NCBI GenBank assembly: GCA_030141605.1
Contig: JAQGDQ010001600.1
Span: forward strand, 1-32,883
From: Tubiluchus corallicola
Taxonomy: Eukaryota > Animalia > Priapulida
DNA length: 32,883 nucleotides
Direction of reading: 5' to 3'
Of the stretch, positions 30,412 through 32,883 are shown in pieces (the first letter of the stretch is position 1; each line of letters starts with the position of its first letter). The position numbers were made by a program, and so were the translations under genes. The notes under the pieces were generated by a model. That model made no database searches, was not told where the DNA came from, and worked only from the letters and a program-made list of their open reading frames with translations.

Positions 30412-32581
30412 AGTTTAAACTGGGTCTCTGAATCGGCTTTCAAAGCTGAATTACGCAACACGACGCACGAAGATGCAACTCAAGAGTTACGAAATTATGG
30501 TGCTACCAGACGATCCATCGGTTCGTGTGCAGCTACTTCCTCAAGTCTCGATATATATTCAACAAAAGGTGCGTTAGCAAATCGGTGGACTTTGACAGCA
30601 TCTTGTTTTACGCCATTCTTTTCGTACGTTCGTTTGATTTTCGCTCACTTTATATGCCTTCTTTAATTCCTTTATATCTTTCTTGCAAAAATTGATTCTT
30701 CCAATATACTCGCATATATTTTGTTTGTTATCGATGCTACTATTGTTGCTGTATTTCCCGTGGCTTAGTTTGCCCACAACTTTTGTTTGCTTTTTTACAG
30801 GTCCGATGTTATTCTCGGCCAGGTTTGGTCTAGCCTTGATACTTTTTTTTGGAAATGTCGTGGTATATTTACTCAGATTTAACATGAGCATCGCAATAGT
30901 CTGCATGGTAAATAACACATGGGTTAGGGAACTGACCACAAATTCTGCAAACTACATCAACAATGGTACAGCAAAGTATGGACAGTGTCCGGTGGAAGAT
31001 GATGACACAGCGACTGCTGTCTTTGTATGATTATAGTACTTATAAGTAGTTGTAATATTATTCAAATATATTAGCTATCTAGGATGAAACTGCTGCCATT
31101 TCGGAATTAAGTTAAAATTATTGGCAACAGCTGTCTAATAGCGTACGAAGACGAAGTTTTGAAAACACAGGCCCTGGTGATGGGTGAGTTCTAACAAAAT
31201 TTAATCCTAGTAACTCGGCTCTGCTTAGATCAGCTGCATTGCCTGCATAGTTTCTCGGCAGAAAATTAAAAATCTGGGGTCCGAATCGATTTTCAGTGGA
31301 ATGGAATTTGTGTTCAAGTAGAAATTGTGAATCAGTCACACGTAGTAATGGTTAAATGGATTGGTACTAAAATGTTATAAATTTATGAAGTTATAAAATT
31401 GACAACAGCAGATTTTAGACTTTAATGGTGACCATTTTTTAGTCAGGAACTTTCACGTGGGAGAAACCAGTTCAAGGACTAATTCTTAGCTCTTTTTTCT
31501 GGGGCTACTTGGTCGCTCAAATTCCTGGAGGATGGCTGGCTTTGCGGTACGGAGGGCGATTAATCTACGGGTTTTCTTTACTGATAGTTAGCTTGTTGGC
31601 ACTGGTCATACCTGTAGCAGCTAACTACAGTTACATAACATTAATTGCAGTAAGAATCATGCAAGGAATTTTTGAGGTAAGATTTGTTTGTGAAATATTC
31701 AAAAATATTAAAATCGATTTCAGACAATACTTATTAGTATTTGACGAGTAAAATCCCAGAAAAAACATTTAGGAACATATTTTAATTGGTAGCGCATAAA
31801 CGTGAGTTCCGCGCAGTGTCGTATTTACAATAGTTTACCTTTCCTAATACCTGCATGTTGTTTTCCACATTATAATCTCGTTTTGTTGTATCTACACACC
31901 TGTATAGCGCATAAACCCTGTTATTTTGACTTTTATAATGATGGCGCTTTTCACTTATTTGTTAAATGTGGCATTCTTGTAGGGCTCGTTTCTAAAATAT
32001 TGGTATTCGGTCAACTCCACTGTTGGTTTCAAAGAGAGAAAAAGGCAAATTAGATCGAAAAAAGCTGCCGTGGAATAAATGCTATGCAATTTTGTGTATA
32101 CGTCTTGATTATAATTACAACAAAATAAGACCACTTAGTGCCGAATGTGGACGTAGCTGTACAGAGCACATTTTGTCATTCAGGGTAATTATACAAAGAA
32201 GCAAAAATTGTTACATGATGATGTAAAATTTGTTATGTTGCCTAATGCTACATTATTACGTAATGAGCCTCCTGTTACATGAGGCGCTTTAACAATATTC
32301 TTATTTTTCTGTAGAGCGTAACGCAACCAGCTCTCCAGGTATTATTGGGAGCTTGGGCGCCTCCACTGGAACGATCTAAACTAGTCGCATTCACAATTGC
32401 AGGTAAGAGATTATGACATGACATTGAACTTCACAGGTTAAAAAAATTATCATCTTTAGCTAAATGTAGACTCAACCTCATTGTATTTTTTCAGGATATT
32501 CAGTTGGTAATGTTGTGGTGTTTCCTTTAGGAGCAGCAATCTGTCACTATATAGGATGGGAGGCAGTTTTTTACATCACAG
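30412..32581 (+). CDS. Second copy of the SLC17-like gene, 5' exons only within the window
   Basis: Exons ~30412-30568, 30801-31024, 31443-31676, 32315-32402 and 32495-32581 mirror the minus-strand copy. May be an assembly duplicate. Confidence 0.8.
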
Positions 32582-32883
32582 GTAAACCTAATTATCATCG
32601 TATAGATAATTAGAGACATGTCCAAAAAGAAAAAAATGCCACAATTCCAGCAGTTCAATTTCTATTATGTACTGACGTTAAGACTATTAAATATTAAGTA
32701 TACAATATTAAAAGAAAGGACAAATCACGTAGCATGTTGGGTTATTTTATTGTTGCCCACTTAAACTTAGAGAAATATAACAAAGAAATTTATAAAAGTT
32801 TATAAAAAAAACTGCCTTTAAAGCGTAAAGTTGATTTATGCTACCGCCGTATAGAAATTTTCAGGTGTGGTGGTAGCTGCCTG

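Larger units (their letters stand above)
28340..32883. repeat. Right arm of the large inverted duplication, running to the window end
   Basis: Reverse complement of 22546-27090; only three differences noticed. Confidence 0.97.

Noticed and set aside
22546-32883. Giant TIR/foldback transposon
   Set aside because: The arms consist of host exons, introns and old TE fragments; no transposase, defined outer terminus or TSD is visible.

Overview
AT-rich, intron-containing animal genomic DNA, probably from a marine invertebrate (the taxon is an inference). From left to right: (1) 1-2405 is a GC-richer, repeat-laden block ending in ...CATCTATACTACT, probably one terminus of a Polinton/Maverick element. 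(2) An intact single-exon cytochrome P450 of the CYP2 clan (CYP17/CYP1-like) lies at 4376-5884 (+). (3) A possible decayed ~1.9-kb ORF of unknown family lies at 7118-9022 (-). (4) An SLC17/sialin-like transporter gene on the minus strand (10248-~25017) has 10 exons recoverable by hand. (5) One of its introns holds a young 7.8-kb Gmr1-type Gypsy LTR retrotransposon (14716-22547, TSD GGCAG, tRNA-Leu PBS). Its single intact 1292-aa ORF has Gag/SCAN, protease, integrase and RNase H but no reverse transcriptase (in-frame deletion). (6) A >=10.3-kb palindrome (arms 22546-27090 and 28340-32883, 1249-bp spacer) folds back inside a decayed LINE, duplicates the 5' half of the SLC17 gene head-to-head, and runs to the window end exactly at the LTR boundary. 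It is either a very recent fold-back duplication or an assembly artefact. All calls come from reading the sequence; no database searches were run.
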